From positions 1,820,349 through 1,884,348 of the forward strand of contig CAWGHO010000003.1 in assembly GCA_963822445.1 (NCBI GenBank): a DNA stretch of 64,000 nt, in the 5' to 3' direction. The first letter of the stretch is position 1; each line of letters begins with the position of its first letter. Under the pieces are notes generated by a model. The model had not been told where the DNA came from and did not search any database. It saw only the letters and a list, made by a program, of their open reading frames with translations. Both the position numbers and the translations under genes were made by a program. This document shows positions 19,367 to 28,319 of this stretch, one piece after another. This DNA is from an uncultured Acidobacteriota bacterium (GTDB lineage Bacteria > Acidobacteriota > Thermoanaerobaculia > Gp7-AA8).

Positions 19367-20122
19367 ATGAAGACCACAATGCCTCGTGTCGGGTGGGTTG
19401 GCAGGCTGATGGCCTTGCCTATCCTCCTTTCCCTCCTCACCGCCTGTTCCACGACCACGGTCGTGGCCACGCCGCCCGTGCCGGTCTCGGATGACGAAGA
19501 TTTCAGCGATCTCATCGCCCAGATGCGGGCCGATCTGACCCGCCGCAAGAGCCGCGAGGTGGTCCAGACCGCGACGACGACGCCGACGGTCGACACGAAG
19601 AAGCAGCGCGACAAAGAGTTCGCCGCCCGGGCCCAGGAGCTGTGCGCGCCTCTCTCCCGCGCTTCCCTGGCCATGCCGGTCGTCGGCGTGCAGCCGTACG
19701 ACCTCTACAACAGCTGGGGGCAACCGCGCGACGGCGGCCGCCGGAAACACCGCGGTATCGACATCTTCGCGCCGAAAGGCACGGGCGTCGTCGCAGTCGC
19801 GGACGGAATCATCAGCTTCATCGGCGAGCAGCCGAAAGGCGGCCAGTGCATCTGGCTGACCACCGAAGCCGGTGCCTCGTTCTACTACGCGCATCTCGAT
19901 CGCTGGGCACCCGGCCTCTACGAAGGCATGGAAGTCCGCACCGGCGATCTTCTCGGCTACGTCGGCAACACCGGCAACGCCAAGACCACCCCTCCGCATC
20001 TCCATTTCGGGATCAACGACAACGACGAAATGGTGAACCCCTACCCTGTCCTCGCGAAGGCAACGCCGGTCAAGCGCGCGCGGGTGATGGTGGAAGCGGG
20101 CGGCTCAATGGGCACGCGGTAG
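19367..20122 (+). CDS. M23 family metallopeptidase lipoprotein
   Basis: Lipobox LTAC; HRGIDIF, YYAHL, HLHF zinc motifs. Confidence 0.9.
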   Translation: MKTTMPRVGWVGRLMALPILLSLLTACSTTTVVATPPVPVSDDEDFSDLIAQMRADLTRRKSREVVQTATTTPTVDTKKQRDKEFAARAQELCAPLSRASLAMPVVGVQPYDLYNSWGQPRDGGRRKHRGIDIFAPKGTGVVAVADGIISFIGEQPKGGQCIWLTTEAGASFYYAHLDRWAPGLYEGMEVRTGDLLGYVGNTGNAKTTPPHLHFGINDNDEMVNPYPVLAKATPVKRARVMVEAGGSMGTR

Positions 20123-20213
20123 TGGAGTGCGGCGGCTCTGCCGCCGCTTTCACATCGCGCGGAGCGCGGCTCCGCCGCGTCTCAAAGCGGTGGCAGAGCC
20201 ACCGCACTCCAAA
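20123..20213. repeat. Inverted REP-like doublet (GGAGTGCGGYGGC family)
   Basis: TGGAGTGCGGCGGCTCTGCCGCCGCTTT ... AAAGCGGTGGCAGAGCCACCGCACTCCAAA, with a compensatory stem change. Confidence 0.8.
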
Positions 20214-20600
20214 CCTCGGCTAACGGCTCGATCACGAACGACCTCTCACGCGCCCGCGGATGCGGCAACGTCAGCGTCTTCGTCCGCAGACGATGACCGC
20301 CGTGCAGGATCAGATCGAGATCGATGACCCGCGGCTCGTTTTTCCCACCGCGGCGTTTGCGTCCGAGGCGGCTCTCGATCTCGAGAAGCGCATCCATCAA
20401 CGCCTCCGGGTCGAGCGACGTGTACCCGCTCAAGACCATGTTCAGAAACGGCGGGGGCGGCGCGTCGACCGGCTCGGTCTCGTGAATCGAGCTGAGTCGC
20501 ACGACTCGCACGATATCGCCTAGAGCGTGAACGGCACGAAGCAGGTTGTAGCGGCGGTCGCCGAGGTTCGAGCCGAGGGCGATGACAACAGAGCTAGTGA
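20182..20600 (-). CDS. folK: 2-amino-4-hydroxy-6-hydroxymethyldihydropteridine diphosphokinase (start uncertain)
   Basis: IALGSNLGDR, SSIHETEP, FLN, PRVIDLDLI, LPHPRARERSFV. Confidence 0.92.
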
Positions 20601-21034
20601 TGCTCGATGTTGATGTCGTTGGTGAGCTCGTTGACGTCGGCGTGCGCGCGCGGGAAGTAGTGCCGGAGCTCTTCCCCCGCGCTGTGAATGGCTTCGACGA
20701 TGCCATCGGTGAACTCTCCGTTCTTGAAGCGGATGGTCAGCTTCGCCGCGATCTCGTCCCAGAACCCGGCCGGCACTTTCTCGTCGATGCCCTTGTCGCC
20801 GAGGATCACGAAGCGCTGTTCCTCGGAGGCGATGAAGAGCAGGACACCGTTGCGAAGATCGGTCTTGGTCATCCCCAGCCGCTCGAACGTGCGCTCGGCA
20901 ACCTCGCGGATCTCGCCGCGCGCCTTCGGCTCGATGTGCACGCGAATCTCGCCCGAGGTCATCTCCTCGGCCGTGCAGATCGCCTTGACCACCCGGTCCT
21001 GATCGACCGCGTCGATGAATGTCTTGTGGTTCAT
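20594..21034 (-). CDS. TPM domain protein (short type)
   Basis: AEEMTSGEIRVHIE, F.RLGM.KT..RNGVLLFI, GDKGID, NELTNDI. Confidence 0.9.
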   Translation of the reverse strand: MNHKTFIDAVDQDRVVKAICTAEEMTSGEIRVHIEPKARGEIREVAERTFERLGMTKTDLRNGVLLFIASEEQRFVILGDKGIDEKVPAGFWDEIAAKLTIRFKNGEFTDGIVEAIHSAGEELRHYFPRAHADVNELTNDINIEHH

Positions 21035-21804
21035 CACCAGCCCCCTGTCGCGCCACCGCCACCGAAGCTGCCCCCGCCACCCGAAAACCCGCCGCCCCCG
21101 CCAAAACCACCGCCGCCGCCGAATCCGCCGCCGCCGAACGTCACCCCTCCGCCGCCGAACGGGATAAACAGCGGGATGCATCCGCCGCAACCACCGCCAC
21201 CGCGTCGGCGGCTGAGCATCGGCAGGATGAAGAACACGACGATGACCACGATGAAGATGAGCAGCTGGACGTCGATGCCCTCTTCGCGCGCAGGCTGTCC
21301 CGATGGTTGCAGCGGCTCGACCGGTTTCTCGCCGGTGCGGATGCGCCGCATGATCTCGTCGGCCGCGGCGTTGAGGCCGGCGGCGTAGGCGCCGTTCCGG
21401 AAGTGCGGGCCGATCTGCTCCTCGATCACGCGCCGCGAGACGGCATCGGTGATCGTCCCTTCGAGACCGTAGCCGACCTCGACGCGAACCTTGCGCTCCT
21501 GGATGAAGACGAAGAGCACCAGGCCGTTGTCGTACTTCTTCTGGCCGACCTTCCACTTCTCCACGCAGCGGATGGTGAAGTCCTCGATGGACTCCCCTCC
21601 CACGGTCGGGAAGATGTAGATGATGAATTGAGCGCCGCTCTCCTGCTCGAAGTTCTTCAGCTTCGTGTCGAGGATCGCCGCTTCGGTTGTCGGCACGACG
21701 CCGGCCGTGTCAGTGAACCAGCGATCGGGCGGCGGAGGGACCTCCAGCGCATGAAGCGACTGCGCGAAGAGGAAAAGAAAAAGAAGAAGACGGATGGGGC
21801 GCAC
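21034..21804 (-). CDS. TPM domain protein (YgcG-like) with Gly-rich tail
   Basis: WKVGQKKYDNGLVLFV..ERKVRVEVGYGLEG; GGGGSFGGGGATGGW end. Confidence 0.92.
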   Translation of the reverse strand: MRPIRLLLFLFLFAQSLHALEVPPPPDRWFTDTAGVVPTTEAAILDTKLKNFEQESGAQFIIYIFPTVGGESIEDFTIRCVEKWKVGQKKYDNGLVLFVFIQERKVRVEVGYGLEGTITDAVSRRVIEEQIGPHFRNGAYAAGLNAAADEIMRRIRTGEKPVEPLQPSGQPAREEGIDVQLLIFIVVIVVFFILPMLSRRRGGGGCGGCIPLFIPFGGGGVTFGGGGFGGGGGFGGGGGFSGGGGSFGGGGATGGW

Positions 21805-21817
21805 CGAGTGTGCGCCC

Positions 21818-22444
21818 CTAGAAGTTGAACTGGACGTTCGGAGCCTGGCTGCTGCCTGCAGCGCCCTTGAAGTAAGCCTTCGGTTTGAATCCGCTCATGC
21901 TCGCGACGAGGCTCGCCGGGAACTTGCGGATGGCGATGTTGTACGTCGACGCCACCTGGTTGAAGCGCTGCCGCTCGACGGCAATGCGGTTCTCGGTTCC
22001 TTCGAGTTGCGACTGCAACTCGAGGAAGTTCTTGTTCGACTTGAGGTCGGGATACTGCTCGACGACGACGAGCAGTCGCGAGAGCGCACCGGAAAGGCCG
22101 GCCTGGGCCTGCTCGAACTCGGCGAGCTTCGCCGGATCGTTCGGAATGGCGGTACCGGACCCCGGAGGACCACTCGGCGCGGCAACCTGTCCGACGCGCG
22201 CACGGGCATTGACGACCGCTTCGAGCGTCGACTTCTCGAAATTCGCCGCGCCCTGAACGGTGCGCACGAGATTCGGGATGAGGTCGTAGCGCCGCTGGTA
22301 CTGGCTCTCGACCTGCGCCCATTGCGAGTTGACCTGCTCGTCGAGGCCGACCAGGTTGTTGCGGACACCGACGAAATATCCGCCGAAAATGAGGACCGCG
22401 AGAATCAGCGCTCCGACACAACCCAGCAGTCCAAGATTTTTCAT
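21818..22444 (-). CDS. lemA: LemA family protein
   Basis: WAQVESQYQRRYDLIPNLV, EQYPDLKSN.NFLELQSQLEGTENRI. Confidence 0.95.
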   Translation of the reverse strand: MKNLGLLGCVGALILAVLIFGGYFVGVRNNLVGLDEQVNSQWAQVESQYQRRYDLIPNLVRTVQGAANFEKSTLEAVVNARARVGQVAAPSGPPGSGTAIPNDPAKLAEFEQAQAGLSGALSRLLVVVEQYPDLKSNKNFLELQSQLEGTENRIAVERQRFNQVASTYNIAIRKFPASLVASMSGFKPKAYFKGAAGSSQAPNVQFNF

Positions 22445-22445
22445 A

Positions 22446-22757
22446 TCAGTACTCTTCTTCTTCCTCTTCCGGCTCTTCTTCGCGGGTATCGACCGCGAAA
22501 TCCTCTTCTTCTTCGCCTTCCGCAGCTTCGCTGCTGGGCGCCGCCGGAGTGAAATCCTCGTCCTCGGCCGGCTCGTCTACGACCGCGGCCGCGGCTGCAC
22601 GCGAAGCGGCAGCGCGCCGGGAGGTCGTGTAAACCGGGGTGTCATCCGCGTCCCGCTGATCCGCGCCGCACTTCGGGCAAAGCGGAACGGGCTTGCCGAG
22701 GTCGTAGAACTTCGTGTGGCAGCTATAGCAGGTGTACTTTCTTCCCAGCTCAGGCAT
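22446..22757 (-). CDS. FYDLN acid domain protein (TIGR02300-like zinc ribbon with acidic tail)
   Basis: ELGRKYTCYSCHTKFYDLGKPVPLCPKCG followed by a Glu/Asp-rich tail. Confidence 0.88.
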   Translation of the reverse strand: MPELGRKYTCYSCHTKFYDLGKPVPLCPKCGADQRDADDTPVYTTSRRAAASRAAAAAVVDEPAEDEDFTPAAPSSEAAEGEEEEDFAVDTREEEPEEEEEEY

Positions 22758-22806
22758 GTGTGTGTGGATCCCCTTCCAAAAAACGGGCGAAGGCTAGCAT
22801 AAAAGA

Positions 22807-22901
22807 CAGTAGGCGGTAGGCAGTAGGCGGCAGGCGGGGGAACGGGGCCGTTGAGTCTCCCGCCTACCGCCTACCGCAAACCGCCTACTCGTCTGCCTAC
22901 T
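22807..22901. repeat. Hairpin of inverted heptamer tandem repeats (CRGTAGG)n...(CCTACYG)n
   Basis: CAGTAGG CGGTAGG CAGTAGG CGGCAGG ... CCTACCG CCTACCG CAAACCG CCTACTC. Confidence 0.8.
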
Positions 22902-24567
22902 CCGTCTTGGGATTAGCCTGTGCGGCCCTCGTGCCTGCCTGACCGGACTGGCTCTCGGAGCCGCGCGAGCGTGCGTCCGCGGCCACGGTGGCGAGCTTCT
23001 GGGCCTCGGGGAAGAGCTCCAGGGCCTTTTCGACCTGGGCGTCGCCCTGGAGGCGGTAGGGGTAAGAGGCGTCGAAGCCGTATTTCGCGGCGACGATCTC
23101 CGCTTTGAGGGCGCGCTCGATGTACTTGCGGTCGTCGGGCTTGGTCAGCGCCTCGCGGATGTCGTGCTCGGGCGCGACTTCCTTGTCGACGGCGAAGCGA
23201 ACGAACTGCTCGACGATGGCCGGCGTGATCGCGATCTCTTTGCTGAGATCCGGGTTCTTCGCCGCGTATTCGACGGCGTAATTGAAGATCGTGCTGCGGA
23301 CTTCGAGAAGCTGCGTGGTGCGCGAGAGCGTCGGCTGCTTGACGATCGCATCCGGCGTGATGCCGCCACCGCCGTAAACGATCCGGCCCGTGTCGGTGCG
23401 GAACTTCTCCCGCTGCTCGAGCGGCACTTCCGGCCCGTTCTCGGTCTCGTCGGCCATGTAGTAGTCGTAGACCGAGGTGAAGTCGCGCTGGATGTTGCGG
23501 CCGGCGGGGGTGAAGTACTTCGACGTCGTGAGCGCGAGGCCCGCGCCGTACTGCAGCGTGTAGACGCTCTGTACGAGACCCTTGCCCCAGCTGGTCTCGC
23601 CGACGACGAGACCGCGGTCGTGGTCCTGAATCGCGCCGGCGACGATCTCGGATGCCGAGGCGCTGCCGCGGTTGACGAGGACGACCAGCGGCTTGTCGAA
23701 CTTCTCCTGCTTGCCCGGCGCCGTGTACTCCTGCGCCGAATCCGCGGTGCGGCCCTTGGTGTAGACGACCATCTGCCCCTTGTCGAGGAAGTGATCGGAA
23801 ACGCCGACGGCCGCGTCGAGCAGGCCGCCCGGGTTCATGCGCAGGTCGAGGACGAGCTTCTGCATGCCCTGCTCTTCGAGCTTGTCGATCGCGTCGGCGA
23901 GCTCGCGGACGGTCGTCGAGGTGAAGTCCTTGAGGCGGATGTAGCCGACGCCCGGACGGATCATCAGGACGTTGGAGATCGAGTTGGTGGGGATCGCGGC
24001 GCGGACGATCGTGAGCGGAATCGGCTCTTTCATCCCGACGCGCTTGATCTTGATGTTGACCGTGGTGCCTTTCGGCCCCTTCAGGCGCTTGACCGTTTCG
24101 TCGAGGGTGAGGTCTTCCGTGGCCACGCCTTCGACTTCGGAGATGACGTCCCCGGCGCGGATGCCCAGGCGGGCGGCCGGGGTGCCTTCGAGCGGCGTGA
24201 TGACCGTGACCTGGTCGTTCCGCTTCGTCACCAGGATGCCCAGGCCGTAGAACGTGCCCTTCTGGCGATCCTGCATGTCCGAGTACTCCTTCGGCTCGAG
24301 GAAGGAGGTGTGCGGATCGAGCGTGCGCAGCATGCCGTCGATCGAGGCGTAGACGAACTTGTCCGAGCCGATGTCCTCGGCCGAGTAGGTCGTCACCGCG
24401 CTGAGCAGATCGGTGTACTCCCGCATCCGCTTCTGCACTTCCGAGTTCTGCATCGGAGCGCCGAACAGGCGGTTGCCGTAGAAACCGCCCATGAGCGTCG
24501 CACCGGCGATCGCGACGAGCAGCGTGAGCGAGAACGTCCACTTCTCAGTCTTTTGCACTTTGGCCAT
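22897..24567 (-). CDS. ctpA: C-terminal processing protease (S41A)
   Basis: LDPHT, PDZ (GLGI..TPLEGTPA), LDLRMNPGGLL, SASASEIVAGAIQDHDR, GKGLVQ. Confidence 0.93.
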   Translation of the reverse strand: MAKVQKTEKWTFSLTLLVAIAGATLMGGFYGNRLFGAPMQNSEVQKRMREYTDLLSAVTTYSAEDIGSDKFVYASIDGMLRTLDPHTSFLEPKEYSDMQDRQKGTFYGLGILVTKRNDQVTVITPLEGTPAARLGIRAGDVISEVEGVATEDLTLDETVKRLKGPKGTTVNIKIKRVGMKEPIPLTIVRAAIPTNSISNVLMIRPGVGYIRLKDFTSTTVRELADAIDKLEEQGMQKLVLDLRMNPGGLLDAAVGVSDHFLDKGQMVVYTKGRTADSAQEYTAPGKQEKFDKPLVVLVNRGSASASEIVAGAIQDHDRGLVVGETSWGKGLVQSVYTLQYGAGLALTTSKYFTPAGRNIQRDFTSVYDYYMADETENGPEVPLEQREKFRTDTGRIVYGGGGITPDAIVKQPTLSRTTQLLEVRSTIFNYAVEYAAKNPDLSKEIAITPAIVEQFVRFAVDKEVAPEHDIREALTKPDDRKYIERALKAEIVAAKYGFDASYPYRLQGDAQVEKALELFPEAQKLATVAADARSRGSESQSGQAGTRAAQANPKTE

Positions 24568-24692
24568 AGTCTCAGCGCCCTACGATAAACTTTGCGATGG
24601 TAACGCGTTTAGTGAGACGGAGTATTCATCGGAAGGTTGCTGTTCACGCCGCCGTCACACCGTTCCAATCGTTCGCGAAAGTCCTCACATAA

Positions 24693-25037
24693 ATGTTCGG
24701 CTCACTCGGAGTTCCCGAGCTACTGCTCATCTTCGTCGTCATCCTGATCGTGTTCGGGCCGCGGAGGATTCCGGAGATCGGCCGCACCCTCGGCAAGGCC
24801 CTCGGCGAGTTCCGCAAAGCCACCGACGACCTCAAGAGCACCATCGAGCGCGAGGTACGGCTCGAAGAGCTCAAGAAGATCACCCCTCCGACGCTGGAAT
24901 CGATCATTACGCCTTTCGAATCGGTATCAAGGAATGAGCCATCGGAGGTTCCGCCCGCCGAGGCCGCGCCCGAGCCCGCTCCTGTCGCCGAAACCGTGCC
25001 GGAGTCCGTCACGCCCGCAGCGTCGCGCGCCGAGTAA
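24693..25037 (+). CDS. Twin-arginine translocase TatA/TatB family subunit
   Basis: MFGSLGVPELLLIFVVILIVFGPRRIPEIGRTLGKALGEFRKA; upstream of tatC. Confidence 0.9.
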   Translation: MFGSLGVPELLLIFVVILIVFGPRRIPEIGRTLGKALGEFRKATDDLKSTIEREVRLEELKKITPPTLESIITPFESVSRNEPSEVPPAEAAPEPAPVAETVPESVTPAASRAE

Positions 25038-25040
25038 CGA

Positions 25041-25802
25041 ATGGCCGCCGATCCCACCATCGATACGCAGGATCCCGATGCCGAGCTCCCCAAGATGGGG
25101 TTCCTCGATCACCTCGAGGAGCTTCGCAAGCGCCTGATGATCTCGCTGATCGCGGTTGCGGTCGGCTTCCTGGCGTGCTGGGCCTTTGCGGAGGAGATCT
25201 TCGGCTACCTGCAGGCGCCGCTGACCCGGTTCCTGCCGCCCGGCGACAAGCTCGCCTTCACCCGCCTGACCGCGCCGTTTTTCCTATACATGAAGGTGGC
25301 TTTCTTCGCGGGCCTCTTCGTCGCCGCGCCGGTGATCCTGCTGCAGCTCTGGCTCTTCATCGCGCCCGGCCTGTACAAGAAGGAGCGCCGCCTGGCCGCG
25401 CCGTTCATCATCTTCGGCTCGGTCTTCTTCATCGCCGGCGGCTACTTCGGCTATCGCTACCTGCTCCCGGCGACGTGCAGCTTCTTCGTCGAGACCGGCA
25501 AGCAGTTCAAGCAGATGGTGACCGTCGACGATTACTTCGGCTTTGCCAGCGTGATCATCCTCGCCACCGGCGTGGTCTTCGAGACCCCGATCCTGATCTT
25601 CTTCCTGGCCCGCCTGGGCATCGTGACGCCGGCGTTCCTGATGCAGAAGTTCAAATACGCGATCGTGCTGGCGTTCGTGATCTCCGCGGTCATCACCCCG
25701 ACGCCGGACATGGTGACTCAGGCCGCGCTGGCCATCCCGATGATCCTGCTCTACCTGCTGGGCGTGGGCGTGGCGTACCTGTTCGCGAAGCCGATCGAGT
25801 GA
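25041..25802 (+). CDS. tatC: Twin-arginine translocase subunit TatC
   Basis: MGFLDHLEELRKRL, FIAPGLYKKE, FETP, AVITPTPD. Confidence 0.96.
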   Translation: MAADPTIDTQDPDAELPKMGFLDHLEELRKRLMISLIAVAVGFLACWAFAEEIFGYLQAPLTRFLPPGDKLAFTRLTAPFFLYMKVAFFAGLFVAAPVILLQLWLFIAPGLYKKERRLAAPFIIFGSVFFIAGGYFGYRYLLPATCSFFVETGKQFKQMVTVDDYFGFASVIILATGVVFETPILIFFLARLGIVTPAFLMQKFKYAIVLAFVISAVITPTPDMVTQAALAIPMILLYLLGVGVAYLFAKPIE

Positions 25803-25806
25803 CCGG

Positions 25807-26313
25807 CTACCAGCTTCGTTCCCACTGCCACCAGCGGGGATGAATGCGGCGATAGGTGTCCTCGCCGATTCTCGGCGGCTCACTCTGGCTGAACACGACC
25901 CCGCAGTCGTCGAACATGCACTCGGTGGTGATCAGCCGAACGACGCCGCTGGACACGCGCTCTGTCTCCAACACCTTGAAAAGCGCGACGCGCCGCGGCT
26001 CGCGATTCGCGACGGCACTGGCGACGTATTGCTCCAGAGCCGGCCGGCTGACAAGAAATCGAACGCGAAATGGGGCGCCGGTCAGAATGAGTCCGAGGAT
26101 TAGCAGGACCACGGTTGGCTCGAGCCAGATCCGGCTGAGGCGCTCGTGCCGGTAGCGGAGTGTGCTCGAGGCGATGACCCAGCCAAGGAGCATGGCGAAG
26201 CCGCCATAAAGAACCAGGAGTAAGGCCAGGACGGACAACCCCGCGTCGCTGCCGAGCCAGAGACTGGTTGCGCCCCAGACGGTGACGATCGCGACGCGAA
26301 GGGCGCGGATCAC
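25807..26313 (-). CDS. Hypothetical membrane protein
   Basis: GTG start after the upstream gene; 3 TM segments, PFRVRF..SRPALE, W-rich end. Confidence 0.6.
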   Translation of the reverse strand: MIRALRVAIVTVWGATSLWLGSDAGLSVLALLLVLYGGFAMLLGWVIASSTLRYRHERLSRIWLEPTVVLLILGLILTGAPFRVRFLVSRPALEQYVASAVANREPRRVALFKVLETERVSSGVVRLITTECMFDDCGVVFSQSEPPRIGEDTYRRIHPRWWQWERSW

Positions 26314-26318
26314 TGCCC

Positions 26319-26534
26319 TCAGCGTTCGACTTCGAAATCCGCCGAAACCGCGGGCAGGGCCTCGTTGAAGATGATTACCGTCTCCGCGATCGGAAACAGG
26401 ACCGTGTGGTTCCGCGACTGCACTTCCAGCACGATCTCGTAGTAGCCGCTGTCGCTGATCGCGATCAGCGTGCCGGGCTTCCCCTTCACTTCGAGCGTGC
26501 GGTTGAAAATCGAAACCTTGGACGGAATCTCCAT
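26319..26534 (-). CDS. Small hypothetical protein (71 aa, beta-rich)
   Basis: Protein-like composition; TGCTAGAGT extended -10 just upstream. Confidence 0.65.
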   Translation of the reverse strand: MEIPSKVSIFNRTLEVKGKPGTLIAISDSGYYEIVLEVQSRNHTVLFPIAETVIIFNEALPAVSADFEVER

Positions 26535-26557
26535 GCGCGACGAACTCTAGCACGACG

Positions 26558-28291
26558 CTACGGGCGTCGTGGACCCCACACCAGCATGGTCAGTTTGAGG
26601 ACCTGTTCGCGCGGCGGATCGACGTCGATGCGCAGCAGATTGGCCGGCCGTCCCTGCACGTCGTAGTCGCGATCGACGAAGCCGGGAGCACGCGCGATCC
26701 GGTCGATGACCTGGCCGTTGAAGGTGATGGTCACGTTCGCGTTGTCGTGCACGTTGAACGCGAGACGGAGCTTGGCGTCCCCTTCGACTCGCGGGAGTTG
26801 GATGGCCGACGTTCCCGACATCCATCGCCATTCGAATCGCCCCGAGCGCTCCGGCGCACTCCAGCCGCTCACGAATCGCGGTCGCGCGATCAGAGGCCGC
26901 AAGGCAACGTCGTAGTAGTAGTGACGGGTGATGTTCCAGAGGTTGCCCCGCTCCCGCGCGAAGAGCGTCCCGCCACTTCCCCCTCCCCGCGCCTCGGCAA
27001 GCACGATGGCCCGATGCCCGTTCGTCGTCAGCGGCATGGCCCTCTCCTCGGCCACCTGCAGAAACCCCAGTTGCGGCGCAAGGTACTCGACGAACGGCAC
27101 CATGCTGAAGCCGACATACAACTGATCGCGCACCGGATGAATTTGCGCGGCCGCAGCCTCGATCGCGCGCACCGGCGGCGATTTTTCGTTGCGCACCGGC
27201 GTGAGCGCGGGCCAGGTCCAGAGCACGAATGCGGCGATGAGCGCCGCGGCGACGACGCTCTCGTACTTGCGCGCCGCGCGTGAGATGCCGTACGCGGCGA
27301 GGATCGCAAACAACGGCGCGTAGCCGATCGAGAAGCGGTTGACGCTGAAGCGGTCGAGCATCAGCCAGGTCATGACCGCCACCGGCGCAAAGGTCAGCGC
27401 CGCGTACAACACCGGTTTCTCGCGCGATCGAATGGCCGCCACGACGCCGAACAGCACGAAGATCGAGGTGATGATGCTCAGCGGCCGCGATTGGTACTGC
27501 AGCAGAAAAAAGCGATCGAAAAGACGCCAGAGCGGCGGGCGGTCGGGACTGCGGAACGAATCGACGCGGGCGATGTAGTCGCCATGCTCGCGAACGGCGC
27601 GCATGTAGCGATCGATCCCGCCGGTCGCTTCGGCGGCGAACCAGAATGCGCCGCCGGCGATGGTGATGCCGAGGATCGCGGCGAGGGCGACGTCGCGCCA
27701 GTCCTTTCGGGCGCGATACCAGGTCGCGAAAAGGCCCGGCGCCAGTCCGATGAGGATGTTCTGCGGACGGATCCCGATGGCGATGGCCAGCAGGAATGTG
27801 CCGAGGAGGTACCACTCTGAGCCGCGGCAGCCGCGGAAGAGAAGCGCGGCAGCCAGCGACGCGATGACGATCCCCGGGACGTCGCTCAGCGCCGTGCCGC
27901 CGAAGAACCAGACGTTCGGGAAGAACGCGCAGAGCGTCGCCGCCGTCGCCGCAACGGCGAAGCGGAAGCGGAGCTCGCGCGCGAGGAGGAAGATCGAGGG
28001 AAAAAGGAAGACGCCCGCCGTCAGACTGATCGACTGCAGCGCGCGGAAGTCGCTGCCCACGATCAAGCGCGCGACTTTGGCCATGGCCATGAACGCGGGG
28101 AATCCCGGCGGATGGGGATGATGGCTGCTGACGTCGTACGCGCGCATCCCCAGGCAGAAAAGCGCTTCGTCCCAGCCCCAGATGGATCGGGCCATGGCCG
28201 CGAAGCGCGTGGCCGCGCAGAGCACGGCCAGGACCCAGAGGATGGTCCATTGGCGGCGCGTCAATGGGTCGGGAGGCTGAAGCAGATTCAA
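26558..28291 (-). CDS. GT-C-type (PMT/GT39-like) membrane glycosyltransferase (start approximate)
   Basis: WGWDEALF...HPHPPGFP first loop, SDVP, GIRPQN, many TM segments, periplasmic C-terminal domain. Confidence 0.7.
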   Translation of the reverse strand: MNLLQPPDPLTRRQWTILWVLAVLCAATRFAAMARSIWGWDEALFCLGMRAYDVSSHHPHPPGFPAFMAMAKVARLIVGSDFRALQSISLTAGVFLFPSIFLLARELRFRFAVAATAATLCAFFPNVWFFGGTALSDVPGIVIASLAAALLFRGCRGSEWYLLGTFLLAIAIGIRPQNILIGLAPGLFATWYRARKDWRDVALAAILGITIAGGAFWFAAEATGGIDRYMRAVREHGDYIARVDSFRSPDRPPLWRLFDRFFLLQYQSRPLSIITSIFVLFGVVAAIRSREKPVLYAALTFAPVAVMTWLMLDRFSVNRFSIGYAPLFAILAAYGISRAARKYESVVAAALIAAFVLWTWPALTPVRNEKSPPVRAIEAAAAQIHPVRDQLYVGFSMVPFVEYLAPQLGFLQVAEERAMPLTTNGHRAIVLAEARGGGSGGTLFARERGNLWNITRHYYYDVALRPLIARPRFVSGWSAPERSGRFEWRWMSGTSAIQLPRVEGDAKLRLAFNVHDNANVTITFNGQVIDRIARAPGFVDRDYDVQGRPANLLRIDVDPPREQVLKLTMLVWGPRRP

Positions 28292-28319
28292 ACGGGGGCG
28301 AATGTTACGCTGCCGGTCA

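Noticed and set aside
21037-21200. GGC/CCG-rich low-complexity tract
   Set aside because: Encodes the normal Gly-rich tail of TPM/YgcG proteins.
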